64,000 bases of DNA from a virus, in IMG/VR virus record IMGVR_UViG_3300045988_131014, positions 1 to 64,000 of that record; one strand, 5' to 3'. This document shows positions 18,446 through 27,768 of this stretch, one piece after another. The translations under genes and the position numbers were made by a program. The notes beneath the pieces were generated by a model, which was not told the origin of the DNA, did no database searches, and was given only the letters and a program-made list of their open reading frames with translations. Each line of letters begins with the position of its first letter. Positions within the stretch are counted from its first letter, which is position 1.

Positions 18446-18851
18446 AAAAAGTTTGCATATCTTTAAAAATGCCTTTGTGAATAGGTGGCAAATGTTACGG
18501 CATAAACCACACCATGAAACAAGTCACGGCTTGCGGATAACTATTTGCATTGCAATTCGGGGTGAAAATAGAGTGCCTACGTTCCCCAACTCGTAGGAAT
18601 TGAATATTGAGGTCTGTATCTATATCCTAAAGGGGTTAGAGGTCATGAATGCTCAAGACTAAGCATGAATACTCTTTAGGGGTGTACGAAGGTACAACGG
18701 TGTGAGGTGCACTAGGTAAGGTGAGGAGGACGTTATAAAGCTACCAGTCTGCAAAGATTGACAGTTCCAAGTCTGTTAAAAGCTGAGGATAACAACGTAC
18801 ACAATAAAAATACATAGCACCGATTGCGTCAAGTCGGAGAAAGAGAACATT
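18446..18851 (+). ncRNA. about 400-nt structured leader / candidate ncRNA downstream of the triple promoter
   Basis: No ORF and relatively GC-rich. Hairpins CCTACG..CGTAGG, CCTAAAG..CTTTAGG enclosing ATGCT..AGCAT. Confidence 0.4.
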
Positions 18852-19520
18852 ATGAGTAAAACAACAACTAACACAACAGTAGCAACAAACAACACTAAAG
18901 TTGACTTTTTCCAGTCAGCACGCACATTATCAACACGGACTTCTGAATTTTTCCGTTGCATCATCAAAAAAGCCGAACTGAATACAATCTATGGCTCAAA
19001 AATTGATGCTAATAATAACAGTATTGCAGCCATTGACGACATGCTCGAAAAAGGTTCGGGAAATCTTGACATTACAGTTGAGGATCTGAACCGGATGCGT
19101 ACTAATTATGTAACTATCAATGAAGGCTTAAAGGTTGAGTGGAATAAGTTGCTCAAAGAACAAGCTTCTTTTGAATACAACGAACACGACAAAAAATTCC
19201 GCAAAGCTATGAAAGATGCTAAGTGCTTAGAAGATGTCAAGACAGCAGTAGAGAACTTCTACAAAGTTTACAAACTTGATGTAGCAGGTACAACATTTGA
19301 AACTGCCGTTCTGGAATCAATCGGTAAGAAGATTGACACGAAAACCGTTGTAAAGTCTAACGGTACAAAGGCTCTCAAGTATGACGTAACAAATGCGCTT
19401 AAAAACCTTTACGGTGTAGGCTTTGAGTGGATGGTAGAAGCAGGAACTATCAAACCTGCCGATATTCCTAGCGTATTAACTGACAAGTACACAAAAAAAT
19501 CTAAGAAAAACAACAAATAG
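18852..19520 (+). CDS. hypothetical protein (first early gene)
   Basis: 222-aa ORF with SD GGAGAAAGAG upstream. Confidence 0.7.
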   Translation: MSKTTTNTTVATNNTKVDFFQSARTLSTRTSEFFRCIIKKAELNTIYGSKIDANNNSIAAIDDMLEKGSGNLDITVEDLNRMRTNYVTINEGLKVEWNKLLKEQASFEYNEHDKKFRKAMKDAKCLEDVKTAVENFYKVYKLDVAGTTFETAVLESIGKKIDTKTVVKSNGTKALKYDVTNALKNLYGVGFEWMVEAGTIKPADIPSVLTDKYTKKSKKNNK

Positions 19521-19532
19521 GAGGATAAAATC

Positions 19533-19700
19533 ATGGGAAAAGATAGAAGCATGGCAATTAAACATGCAAAAGCGAAAAAAGAAGCAATGAAAGAAGTGCT
19601 AAACGATCAAAACGACTTTGCACAAACTTCATGGGGACTTACTGACAATATACGTAAATGGTTCAAGGCAAAACCATATGCATTGACATATGGTAAATAA
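19533..19700 (+). CDS. hypothetical small basic protein
   Basis: 55-aa ORF with SD TAGGAGGAT upstream. Confidence 0.55.
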   Translation: MGKDRSMAIKHAKAKKEAMKEVLNDQNDFAQTSWGLTDNIRKWFKAKPYALTYGK

Positions 19701-19769
19701 AAATGATAGCACTTAAAAAAAGTCAAATAATATGCTATCTTTGAATATATAAAAGGAGGCGAAAATTAT

Positions 19770-20051
19770 ATGATAGTATATTATAAACTTGATACACTTT
19801 TAAGCGAACGCAAAATAACAAAAACACAACTATGTAAAGATACAGGAATTAGCACTAATGTTGTATCTAAAATAAATAAAAATGAAATATTCAAAACAGA
19901 TACATTAAACCGTATCTGCGAATATCTCAAAGTCCAACCATCTGACATAATGGAATGGATACCAGATGCAGAATATAATAAGGCAAACGAAGAAAAACAA
20001 GCCATAGAAGCTCAAATAGCTGAACTCAAAGAAAAGCTAAAAACCATGTAA
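19770..20051 (+). CDS. XRE-family helix-turn-helix regulator
   Basis: LSERKITKTQLCKDTGISTNVVSKI..TLNRICEYLKVQPSDIME matches the HTH_XRE pattern. Confidence 0.8.
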   Translation: MIVYYKLDTLLSERKITKTQLCKDTGISTNVVSKINKNEIFKTDTLNRICEYLKVQPSDIMEWIPDAEYNKANEEKQAIEAQIAELKEKLKTM

Positions 20052-20137
20052 AAAGGGAGGAACCACTATGCCAACAATAGAAGAAATGCGTCAATCAATG
20101 ACACAAGCAGGAGTGTATTCAGAAAAGGAGAACAAAT

Positions 20138-20635
20138 ATGAAAAAGAAATTATTATCACTCATTCTTACAACAGCAACAATCCTTACATCCTACACGGTA
20201 GGCACAATGCAACCAACGCAAACAGTCAATGCCTCAACTCCAAAGCAGATCAGTATCACAAATGCAATTCCAATCTGTGACATTGCTGGTTATTTCTATG
20301 ACAAATATGGATATCTCTGCTTTGAGCTTGGCGATACAACAAAGCAGTTCAATAAGGCAGATGGATATTCATATTCAAAAATCTGTGAGAAACTTCCGCA
20401 TCTTAAAGATTTAGATGAAAACAAAACATATCCTTTGACAGCGAAAGTAACAAAGGTAAACAAAAAGAAAAACGTTGTCACTGTACAGGATTATAGCGGA
20501 AACAAATGGAAATTTCGTGGCTGTGAAGACTATGAAAATGGAGACGTAGTATCTATGCTCATAGATAGTAACGGAACAGAAAAGGTAACTGATGATATTA
20601 TTTTACAGGTCAGATACAGCGGTGCAGAGTGGTAA
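20138..20635 (+). CDS. secreted/exported hypothetical protein
   Basis: N-terminal signal-like MKKKLLSLILTTATILTSYTVG; SD AAAAGGAG upstream. Confidence 0.7.
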   Translation: MKKKLLSLILTTATILTSYTVGTMQPTQTVNASTPKQISITNAIPICDIAGYFYDKYGYLCFELGDTTKQFNKADGYSYSKICEKLPHLKDLDENKTYPLTAKVTKVNKKKNVVTVQDYSGNKWKFRGCEDYENGDVVSMLIDSNGTEKVTDDIILQVRYSGAEW

Positions 20636-20659
20636 ATAATAAGAAAGGAAGTAAAAACA

Positions 20660-20821
20660 ATGTCAGAGAAAGCAAAACAAATTCATGCAACCTATTGTAA
20701 TTATGAAGTAGCAAAGGCAAGCAAACCATCACGGATCTATTCAGTCCGAACAGAAACACGGAAACCACACGGAATCAAAACTCATAACATGAGTAGAGCG
20801 ATGTTAGCATCGCTTTTTTAG
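20660..20821 (+). CDS. hypothetical small protein
   Basis: 53-aa ORF with SD GAAAGGAAG upstream; ends inside a terminator. Confidence 0.5.
   Translation: MSEKAKQIHATYCNYEVAKASKPSRIYSVRTETRKPHGIKTHNMSRAMLASLF
20797..20820 (+). terminator. Rho-independent terminator
   Basis: AGCGATG-ttag-CATCGCT followed by TTTTT. Confidence 0.65.
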
Positions 20822-20845
20822 TACAAATAGAAGGAGGAAAGGCAA

Positions 20846-21022
20846 ATGATAATTATTATAAAGGATGGTTATGATGTTATTGATAATCGTCCAGAAGCAG
20901 AAATCGCACAATCAGAGCGTGATTATTTTGAGGAGCGTTACAATAGAGAGTTAAAACGCAAACTCGAAGCAAACAAGCATCCATTTGCAAAGAAATTATT
21001 ATCTGCATGTGGACTGTTATAG
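20846..21022 (+). CDS. hypothetical small protein
   Basis: 58-aa ORF with SD GAAGGAGGAAAGG upstream. Confidence 0.55.
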   Translation: MIIIIKDGYDVIDNRPEAEIAQSERDYFEERYNRELKRKLEANKHPFAKKLLSACGLL

Positions 21023-21039
21023 AAGGGAGAGTGAAAATC

Positions 21040-21198
21040 ATGGCAAGAACATTACGGGATAATCAAGCATCATGGGACGCATTATTCTATGCGATTATTA
21101 CAGGATGCACAGCGAAAGACGCATTATTAGCTATGGGAATTTGCCCAGATAGCGAAAATAATTTAGCAAGGAGAACAGAAAGAGAGGCGAAAGAATAG
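21040..21198 (+). CDS. hypothetical small protein
   Basis: SD GAAGGGAGAG upstream of MARTLRDNQ.. Confidence 0.55.
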   Translation: MARTLRDNQASWDALFYAIITGCTAKDALLAMGICPDSENNLARRTEREAKE

Positions 21199-21312
21199 AT
21201 GAAAGGATATGAAGTACCGGATGGTTATATGGGTTGGATCAATGGAAAATACCAGCTTTTTGAAAGCGAAAACGAATATTACGAAACACTTTTAGAAAGA
21301 GAAGAGGTCTAA
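21199..21312 (+). CDS. hypothetical small protein
   Basis: 37-aa ORF abutting its neighbours (TAGATG junction). Confidence 0.4.
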   Translation: MKGYEVPDGYMGWINGKYQLFESENEYYETLLEREEV

Positions 21313-21450
21313 ATGGAAAGAGAAATAAAAGGCGAATTATTCAATGCATTGTGTAAAAGATGCGGAGAACGTAGAACTTGTCATGGGATCTGCGTTGACA
21401 TGAACAATGCAATGGTAAAGGCAAATGAAATTAAAGCGACTGCAAAATAA
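21313..21450 (+). CDS. hypothetical small Cys-containing protein
   Basis: 45-aa ORF, TAAATG junction, CKRCGERRTCHGIC. Confidence 0.4.
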   Translation: MEREIKGELFNALCKRCGERRTCHGICVDMNNAMVKANEIKATAK

Positions 21451-21587
21451 TTGTGGTCGCTATTTTAATGAAAAAAATTATTTTAAGAAGCGAGTGATGA
21501 AAATGAAACATCGGTAAAAGCGAAATGAAGCTATGCTATCAGGCTATACGGGCAAACACATTATAATAAGGAAAGGACAGATGAATT

Positions 21588-21785
21588 ATGGCATATAGAA
21601 AGACAAAACAACTAAGAGAATTTGAACCGATTCTGTTACAGAATGGATACAGATTTACACGGTGCAAGGGAAGTCATTTCATTTATATGAATCGAACTTC
21701 TCATAAAATCATAGCAGTCAATAAAGACTTGAACAGAATGGTTCGTGAACGATTAATAAAAGAGAATAAGTTACAGGAGGTATAA
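21588..21785 (+). CDS. hicA: HicA-like mRNA interferase toxin
   Basis: LLQNGYRFTRCKGSHFIY..IAV..LNRMVRERLIKE resembles the HicA/YcfA core (G..R.KGSH). Confidence 0.55.
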   Translation: MAYRKTKQLREFEPILLQNGYRFTRCKGSHFIYMNRTSHKIIAVNKDLNRMVRERLIKENKLQEV

Positions 21786-21789
21786 AACT

Positions 21790-21960
21790 GTGCAGACAAG
21801 AGAAATTAAAGTAGGAACAAAATTCAAGCATATGAAAGAAGAATGGATCTGTACATCGAACGATGGATTCATATTTGAAGCAGATTGTTTGAATAAAAAT
21901 TGTCCAATGAAAGATTTAATGCTTATTGGATCAAGCGAAGAAGTAGAAGTGATTGAATAG
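21790..21960 (+). CDS. hypothetical small protein (GTG start)
   Basis: GGAGG 9 nt upstream; 56 aa. Confidence 0.45.
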   Translation: MQTREIKVGTKFKHMKEEWICTSNDGFIFEADCLNKNCPMKDLMLIGSSEEVEVIE

Positions 21961-21973
21961 GAGGTGTAAGAAC

Positions 21974-22102
21974 ATGAAATGGACAGAGTTATTACGGAAA
22001 GATAATTATGCTTTACTGCAAAGCGAAAGTGATACACAGTATGCGGTTGCAAGCAGAACGACAATGATAAACTCAAAGAACGGAATCAGGGCAGATATGT
22101 AG
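21974..22102 (+). CDS. hypothetical small protein
   Basis: GGAGGTG upstream; 42 aa. Confidence 0.4.
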   Translation: MKWTELLRKDNYALLQSESDTQYAVASRTTMINSKNGIRADM

Positions 22103-22155
22103 CAATGTTTGATTTGTTACATAAGTTAGAGATTTATAAAAAGGAGTGAAGCGAA

Positions 22156-22371
22156 ATGACAAGAATTGAAAAGTCAAAAGAGGACGCACGGAACTTAAAT
22201 GAACTCACGGATCATTTGATTAAATTACTTGAATCGGATGACAGGCGGTTCTCATTTGAATTTTGTGCAGGTGGCACAATGGAGATTTATGACAAAGAAA
22301 AAGAAATCGGTTATGCAGTTCATATTACACCGATTGAATATGATGAAGATGGAAACGCAATTAATTTATAG
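22156..22371 (+). CDS. hypothetical protein
   Basis: 71-aa ORF with SD AAAGGAGTGAAG upstream. Confidence 0.65.
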   Translation: MTRIEKSKEDARNLNELTDHLIKLLESDDRRFSFEFCAGGTMEIYDKEKEIGYAVHITPIEYDEDGNAINL

Positions 22372-22380
22372 CAAACGCAA

Positions 22381-22420
22381 AGGCAGTTAGGAGAATAAAT
22401 ACCTAGCTGCCTATTTTATT
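22381..22420 (+). terminator. Rho-independent terminator
   Basis: AGGCAG..CTGCCT stem followed by ATTTTATT. Confidence 0.6.
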
Positions 22421-22443
22421 ACAAGAAAGCGAGGAAACGAATT

Positions 22444-23133
22444 ATGGAATTACGGAATAATTGGTATAAAGCAGACAAAGGAAAACATTTTGTGCTTACA
22501 GAAAAAGGCAAAGAAGAGTGTGCAAGCTACAAGCATAAAACAGTTGGTGAACCTGTAGACGAATATGATTATGAAGCAACTGAATGGTCAGTTGATAAAG
22601 GTTATGTAATCGAAACTGATATTCCAGTATGGACAAAAGGACTTAAGGGATATGAAGTTGTGTATTATTACGAAGGAAAATATAGATTATCAGCAGGTAA
22701 TCCACAGATATTCCCAACACGCAAAGCAGCAGAAATTTATAAAAAGCATTATGAAGCATATGCATGGTTCAATAAAGATTTAGTGATTGAAGAAGTTGAA
22801 TATGATGGTGTTCCATTAAACAAACCGAAAATGTACAAGGGAAAAGAAATTGTAGATAAAGAACATTACTTTGGACTTGATGCACATGAAGTTGGTGAGT
22901 ATTTCACAGAGGATATGATTGATTCCTTTATGGATTTATTACCACCAGCTTGTATGAGAAGTGATTGTTCACAGATTGGTGAACCATGTTCAAGTAGAAT
23001 TGATGAAAATGGAAAGGGCAGAACAACATATTCTACATTCAAAAAGGTAGATGATGGAATTTGGGAATATTGTGGAGATTGTTTTAGAGGTGAAAATTAT
23101 ATGCATGGAAAAGATATTCCGTATGTGAGATAA
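22444..23133 (+). CDS. hypothetical protein
   Basis: 229-aa ORF with SD GCGAGGAAACG upstream. Confidence 0.7.
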   Translation: MELRNNWYKADKGKHFVLTEKGKEECASYKHKTVGEPVDEYDYEATEWSVDKGYVIETDIPVWTKGLKGYEVVYYYEGKYRLSAGNPQIFPTRKAAEIYKKHYEAYAWFNKDLVIEEVEYDGVPLNKPKMYKGKEIVDKEHYFGLDAHEVGEYFTEDMIDSFMDLLPPACMRSDCSQIGEPCSSRIDENGKGRTTYSTFKKVDDGIWEYCGDCFRGENYMHGKDIPYVR

Positions 23134-23146
23134 GGAGATGATACTA

Positions 23147-23416
23147 ATGTTAAATATCAAATGGGATAACGGAGTTACAGGATATTTAAGCAAAAGCGAA
23201 AAAGAACTGTGTGAAAAGATTGATAGAGAAATCAGTGCTATCAATGCAGTAAGTAAAACGGAAATATCTGTAATAATCAGTATTGAAGGTGGCAATCAAT
23301 TCCACATAAAGAAAGATACTGGTTCACTGATTGGATATATGAACGCAGAACAGTGTTGGTATGCATTGAAGGGAATTATGACAAGTTTGTTATACATGGA
23401 AAGGCAGGTTGATTAG
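23147..23416 (+). CDS. hypothetical protein
   Basis: SD AAGGAG; the second ATG is chosen for spacing. Confidence 0.6.
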   Translation: MLNIKWDNGVTGYLSKSEKELCEKIDREISAINAVSKTEISVIISIEGGNQFHIKKDTGSLIGYMNAEQCWYALKGIMTSLLYMERQVD

Positions 23417-23591
23417 TATGATGACAAGAGAAAGATTTGCAGAGACAAACTGGAAAATGAGTTATGAAGAATATCAGAAATGTGATTGTACTGAATGTAA
23501 AAAAGAAGAGTGTCCACACAGAGGAGCATATAGAAGAGTGCCTGAAATTGATGGTGGTCTTAGTTTATGTCCTAATTTGAAAGGAGAGTGA
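23409..23591 (+). CDS. hypothetical Cys-rich protein
   Basis: 60-aa ORF overlapping the previous gene; CDCTECKKEECPH. Confidence 0.55.
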   Translation: MISMMTRERFAETNWKMSYEEYQKCDCTECKKEECPHRGAYRRVPEIDGGLSLCPNLKGE

Positions 23592-23595
23592 TTTT

Positions 23596-23799
23596 ATGAG
23601 ATTGGCTTATTTTTGTCATTATGATGGTCATGAATGTGATAAAGAAATACCAAAATTGAATGAAATTGGAGAAGTTATCTATCCTAAAAAAATTGATACA
23701 GATAATAGATATTGGGATTCTTGCATGTTATGTGAGAGGAATTACTCAATGTGCGGAAAATGTTATGGAAATTTAAAAATAGTTAAGGAGGTAGATTAA
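23596..23799 (+). CDS. hypothetical Cys-rich protein
   Basis: SD AAAGGAGAG upstream; several Cys pairs. Confidence 0.6.
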   Translation: MRLAYFCHYDGHECDKEIPKLNEIGEVIYPKKIDTDNRYWDSCMLCERNYSMCGKCYGNLKIVKEVD

Positions 23800-23800
23800 A

Positions 23801-24151
23801 ATGTATCAGCATATAGAATTTATTGATGGTAGTAATCCTTATATCAGCAAAACGGAAAAGGATTTCAAATGGATGTGTGAACATTATGTTCTCATTCCGA
23901 TTGTAGAAAATTTCTGGAAAGCAACTGATAAAATTTATTATAAGGTGGTTGGCTTTGCGGATAAAAATAAGATGGCTACTTTTAACAGAAATTACAAATC
24001 AAAAGCAGGTGCAATGAGGGTAATTCGGAAAGCAATTAAAGAGAATAAATTTGAGTGTATTGTACTTAGAAAAGAGGTTGAAGATTTACGGAATGATGAA
24101 CACTTTGATATTTCAGTGAGTACACCTATTAAAACATGGAATTTGGTATAG
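23801..24151 (+). CDS. hypothetical protein
   Basis: SD AAGGAGG upstream; 116 aa. Confidence 0.65.
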   Translation: MYQHIEFIDGSNPYISKTEKDFKWMCEHYVLIPIVENFWKATDKIYYKVVGFADKNKMATFNRNYKSKAGAMRVIRKAIKENKFECIVLRKEVEDLRNDEHFDISVSTPIKTWNLV

Positions 24152-24166
24152 ATTGGAGTGATGAAA

Positions 24167-24274
24167 ATGAAGAATAATGATTATCCAATATATTTCAAAA
24201 GTAAAGGTAATTATATATATGCAAGCTATGATGGTGTGCGATGGTTTTGGTATGGAAATATGGAATGTTGTTAG
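24167..24274 (+). CDS. hypothetical small protein
   Basis: 35-aa ORF after TTGGAG. Confidence 0.35.
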   Translation: MKNNDYPIYFKSKGNYIYASYDGVRWFWYGNMECC

Positions 24275-24314
24275 TAAGAATTAGCAATTTCATTTGATAA
24301 TTGGAGGAAAAATA

Positions 24315-24575
24315 ATGGACGAATTAAGAACAACACCACATGATTTTATATGGAGAGTGAAAAATCCTCAAGATTATTGGGCAGATACATTAAAAGAAGT
24401 AAAGTATGATGTTTATTTAAACGGCAAAAGAAGAGGCGGTTTTATTGGAGTCAATAGAACATTTGACGATGATATGTATTATGTAAATTATTATGATGAA
24501 AACAATAATATTGCATATTGTACTGCCTATACAGATACAGAAATTATTTTGAAACGAGTGAACCGAAAGGAGTAA
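24315..24575 (+). CDS. hypothetical protein
   Basis: SD TTGGAGGAAAA upstream of MDELRTT. Confidence 0.65.
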   Translation: MDELRTTPHDFIWRVKNPQDYWADTLKEVKYDVYLNGKRRGGFIGVNRTFDDDMYYVNYYDENNNIAYCTAYTDTEIILKRVNRKE

Positions 24576-24582
24576 TGATTTA

Positions 24583-24891
24583 ATGAAGATAACAGGAATA
24601 ATTCGTAGAGTTGATGATTTAGGTAGAATAGTAATTCCAAAGGAAATTAGAAGGCAGGTGTTTGGGAAAACGGATGCAACTGGTGAGCCAATGGAAATAT
24701 TTATTGATGAAGGAAATGTTGTACTCCGAAGATACGAGGAAATACAAACTTGTAAATGGATAAAATACGATTATAGAACGATTTGCCCGAAAGAACATGA
24801 TGCGAACACCCCATATTGGAGAATACCTGAAAATATGGATAAATTAAAATATTGTCCTTATTGTGGCAAAGAAATAGTTATTGAGGATTAA
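24583..24891 (+). CDS. AbrB/SpoVT-family DNA-binding domain fused to a C-terminal zinc ribbon
   Basis: GIIRRVDDLGRIVIPKEIRRQVF is the swapped-hairpin signature; C-terminal CPKE..CPYCGK. Confidence 0.8.
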   Translation: MKITGIIRRVDDLGRIVIPKEIRRQVFGKTDATGEPMEIFIDEGNVVLRRYEEIQTCKWIKYDYRTICPKEHDANTPYWRIPENMDKLKYCPYCGKEIVIED

Positions 24892-24936
24892 CATATGAAA
24901 GGATGATTTCTTGTTTTAGAAATGGAGGAAATAATT

Positions 24937-25197
24937 ATGAGCCAAACAGTATTTGATGAGAATGATTTTATAAAACGAGTACCAAAAAAGATTTTGGAAC
25001 GTACAAGAGAAAATATGGAAGTGTATCATATGGATTTAGCAGATTCATTTCAGGAAGCAACAAGGGAATTAGCAAAGAAAGGTACAACTTTGTGGAAAGC
25101 ATGGTATTATGATGATTTTAGAGAATATGTACCATGTATTTACTGCCCAGAATATTTGGATTTATCAAAATATCCATTAAAATACAAAGGGAAATAA
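24937..25197 (+). CDS. hypothetical protein
   Basis: SD ATGGAGGAAAT upstream of MSQTVF. Confidence 0.6.
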   Translation: MSQTVFDENDFIKRVPKKILERTRENMEVYHMDLADSFQEATRELAKKGTTLWKAWYYDDFREYVPCIYCPEYLDLSKYPLKYKGK

Positions 25198-25201
25198 TTC
25201 A

Positions 25202-25510
25202 ATGAATCGGAAATTTACTTGGAGAATATGTAAGAGGTTGGAATATTCAATCTCTTACTTTTTATGGAAAGGAATAGTGAAGACTATGTTTGATTACAAA
25301 GAATTTAAGAAGGAAATGTCTAAAAGAGGGCATGAAGTACATAAGAATGGAAAGTATCTTACAATTATTCCTAATAATAATTACGAGGGATACAGTAAAG
25401 GATTTATATTTGCAACAGATATTGTTAAAGGTTTTGAGGATGTATTAAAGTTACTAAATATGGATCATTTTAATACTTGGATATATAGTGCAAAATTTAA
25501 AGTCATGTGA
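25202..25510 (+). CDS. hypothetical protein (start uncertain, alternative ATG at 25286)
   Basis: 102-aa ORF ending in TGATAA. Confidence 0.55.
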   Translation: MNRKFTWRICKRLEYSISYFLWKGIVKTMFDYKEFKKEMSKRGHEVHKNGKYLTIIPNNNYEGYSKGFIFATDIVKGFEDVLKLLNMDHFNTWIYSAKFKVM

Positions 25511-25560
25511 TAAAATTATAGTAATGATATTCAACAGTTGGGAAAACGGAGGTAATTATT

Positions 25561-25713
25561 ATGGCACAGTTAATCGGATTTTTAATTGCAGGATATTTAT
25601 GTATTTATCTTCCTTGGAAAGCGCACCAAAAGGAAGAATCTCGTAAGAGACAATATATGTATGATAACCTTAATAAGAAGTCTGTTGATGAAATGGAAAA
25701 GTGGAGAAAATAG
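25561..25713 (+). CDS. small membrane protein
   Basis: SD ACGGAGG upstream; MAQLIGFLIAGYLCIYLPW TM segment. Confidence 0.5.
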   Translation: MAQLIGFLIAGYLCIYLPWKAHQKEESRKRQYMYDNLNKKSVDEMEKWRK

Positions 25714-25738
25714 TAATATAAAATAAGAAGGGTGGTTG

Positions 25739-26389
25739 ATGATTATGTTCGGAGGACTATTAGCGTTCTTAGGAATTTATGCAGCGTTCTTAGGAATTTA
25801 TGCAGAAAGTGCTGCAAAGGCAACTTACTACAATTATGACATGAAGAAAACTACTCGTACAGTTGATAAAGATGGAAATGTTCATTACATGGACAGATTG
25901 TGCAATGATTATATCAATGGTGAGCGAGTAAAGAGAGTTGAGACAACAGATAGAAATGGAGTTAAGTTGTATTCGACTGTTGGTGTGAATAGCAGTAAAG
26001 TGTATGACACTTCTTATTGGAGGGGTACACAGCAGTTATTCGAAATGAGTGAACGTGAAAAGCAAGATGCAATTGAACGTGGTAAATTAGCTTATATGCA
26101 GTACAATCCTTATTTTGGAAGATCAGTTACAACGGAAATTGCTACTGGTAGAACAATTACTTGTCTTTTTGCATGGGAACATGGAGATAAACCAATTTAT
26201 AAGAAATGGTACTTCAGACCTGAGTGCCAGGATAAATTCGGTTATAGAGAAACTGTTAAAGGCGATTATGGAATCGACATTACAAAAGAAGAATATTATA
26301 AGCTACAGACTATTGGAATTAGTTATTCGAATCTACCAAGTGATCAGAAAGTATTAAACGACTTATGGGGAAGGAATTGTGTAAAATAA
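25739..26389 (+). CDS. hypothetical protein with N-terminal TM segment
   Basis: SD GAAGGGTGG upstream; FGGLLAFLGIYAAFLGIYA. Confidence 0.65.
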   Translation: MIMFGGLLAFLGIYAAFLGIYAESAAKATYYNYDMKKTTRTVDKDGNVHYMDRLCNDYINGERVKRVETTDRNGVKLYSTVGVNSSKVYDTSYWRGTQQLFEMSEREKQDAIERGKLAYMQYNPYFGRSVTTEIATGRTITCLFAWEHGDKPIYKKWYFRPECQDKFGYRETVKGDYGIDITKEEYYKLQTIGISYSNLPSDQKVLNDLWGRNCVK

Positions 26390-26391
26390 AA

Positions 26392-26423
26392 ACAGAGAAG
26401 GGATCACCTTCTCTGTTTAATTA
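26392..26423 (+). terminator. Rho-independent terminator
   Basis: ACAGAGAAGG..CCTTCTCTGT 10-bp stem, then TTTAATT. Confidence 0.65.
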
Positions 26424-26514
26424 GTCACGTAATTCGAAAAGGTACTAAACCTAATCTTCCAACACAAAAAACATAATAGCATTAAATATTAAATATGTCA
26501 ATGAGGTGATTAAA

Positions 26515-26949
26515 ATGAAAAAAGACAAATTAACAGCAGAATTTTTTGAAAATGCGATTTGCAAAAATAAAGACATGGAAACAAAAGAATATTGGAGTAA
26601 TATTTTTAAGTCTAATTTGAAAACTTTTTTGGATGAAGTGGATGAGAATGACTTTAAGGAAATTAGAGATAATGTAAATTCAGATTATCTAATGGATTAT
26701 AATACATATCAAAATCATTATAGTTTTATTTGCGAAGTGATTGACATAGATATGGAAGATACATATGAGCCTTACAAAAGACAAATGAATAAAATTAAAA
26801 GACTGTCTGAAGGATATTCAAATATTGTTCAAAAATTTCCAGACAATATTGATTATAATGTTGAATTTTCGAGAAGTAGCTTGTCTGTATATTTGAATAC
26901 AAACGTTCCTGTTGCAGAGAATAATATTGATAGATTTCTTAATATCTGA
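26515..26949 (+). CDS. hypothetical protein; frame stays open 54 codons past its TGA (to 27114)
   Basis: SD GAGGTG upstream. TGA at 26947..26949 is followed by a protein-like ETIRGINITETYSEYEESDYKNK.. in the same frame. Confidence 0.6.
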   Translation: MKKDKLTAEFFENAICKNKDMETKEYWSNIFKSNLKTFLDEVDENDFKEIRDNVNSDYLMDYNTYQNHYSFICEVIDIDMEDTYEPYKRQMNKIKRLSEGYSNIVQKFPDNIDYNVEFSRSSLSVYLNTNVPVAENNIDRFLNI

Positions 26950-27129
26950 GAAACAATTAGAGGGATCAATATTACAGAAACATACTCTGAATATGAAGAA
27001 AGTGATTACAAGAATAAAACAATTGTGATTAGAATGTCGGATCACGATTTTGGTGGAAACAGAGACTACTCATATAAAATACCTTGTATCAATATTGTTT
27101 TAGAGAATAAATAGATTGGAGTGATAAGA

Positions 27130-27549
27130 ATGAAATCAAATTGGAAAGAGTTAGATTATTATCATGCGGAGTTTTCAAAGTTAAATGACAAAAACTTTGT
27201 CGAAGAGTATTTGGGATGCAAAATTAAAAAAGAGGGTAGAGATATATTTACTATAGAACTTGCAAATGAACTTATAGAAAAAGCGAATAAGGCATATAAG
27301 GAAAAGTATGGAAAAGATGTTGATTTTAACTATGTTAAATTAGACATGACAAATATAGTTGAAGATATAGAGAATATATTAGATGATGGAGTATCGCACC
27401 CAAGACGAGAAATTGGTAAAACAAGAGTTGGAAAATATGATAAGAGAAAAAATATCTTGAGAATTTGGGAAGACGATGTTCCAGTATATGAAAACAACAA
27501 CGGTAAAATATGTAAAGATGTTTGTGCATTAGCCGATAGTTTGATGTAA
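27130..27549 (+). CDS. hypothetical protein
   Basis: SD TTGGAGTG upstream. Confidence 0.65.
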   Translation: MKSNWKELDYYHAEFSKLNDKNFVEEYLGCKIKKEGRDIFTIELANELIEKANKAYKEKYGKDVDFNYVKLDMTNIVEDIENILDDGVSHPRREIGKTRVGKYDKRKNILRIWEDDVPVYENNNGKICKDVCALADSLM

Positions 27550-27768
27550 AAGGAGAATGTTGTTATGAATAATATTATATACAAAAATGAGGTTAAAAGA
27601 GCATATAGAGTTCTTGGTATAGAGCAGAATCACAGAACACCATTGATATTAATGGACTATATGAAGATAATATGGTTGATGAGATAGAAAGAAATGCATT
27701 GTTGAAGTATAATAAAGAACTTGCTAAAAGATATTATTAATTAAAAGATTTAAAACGGAGAAATAATA

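Noticed and set aside
20068-20280. 70-aa ORF with a good SD overlapping the signal-peptide gene 20138..20635
   Set aside because: Only its first 23 codons or so are unique. The remainder is an out-of-frame read of the better-supported secreted-protein gene. It may be a short upstream ORF, but it is not supported as a 70-aa protein.
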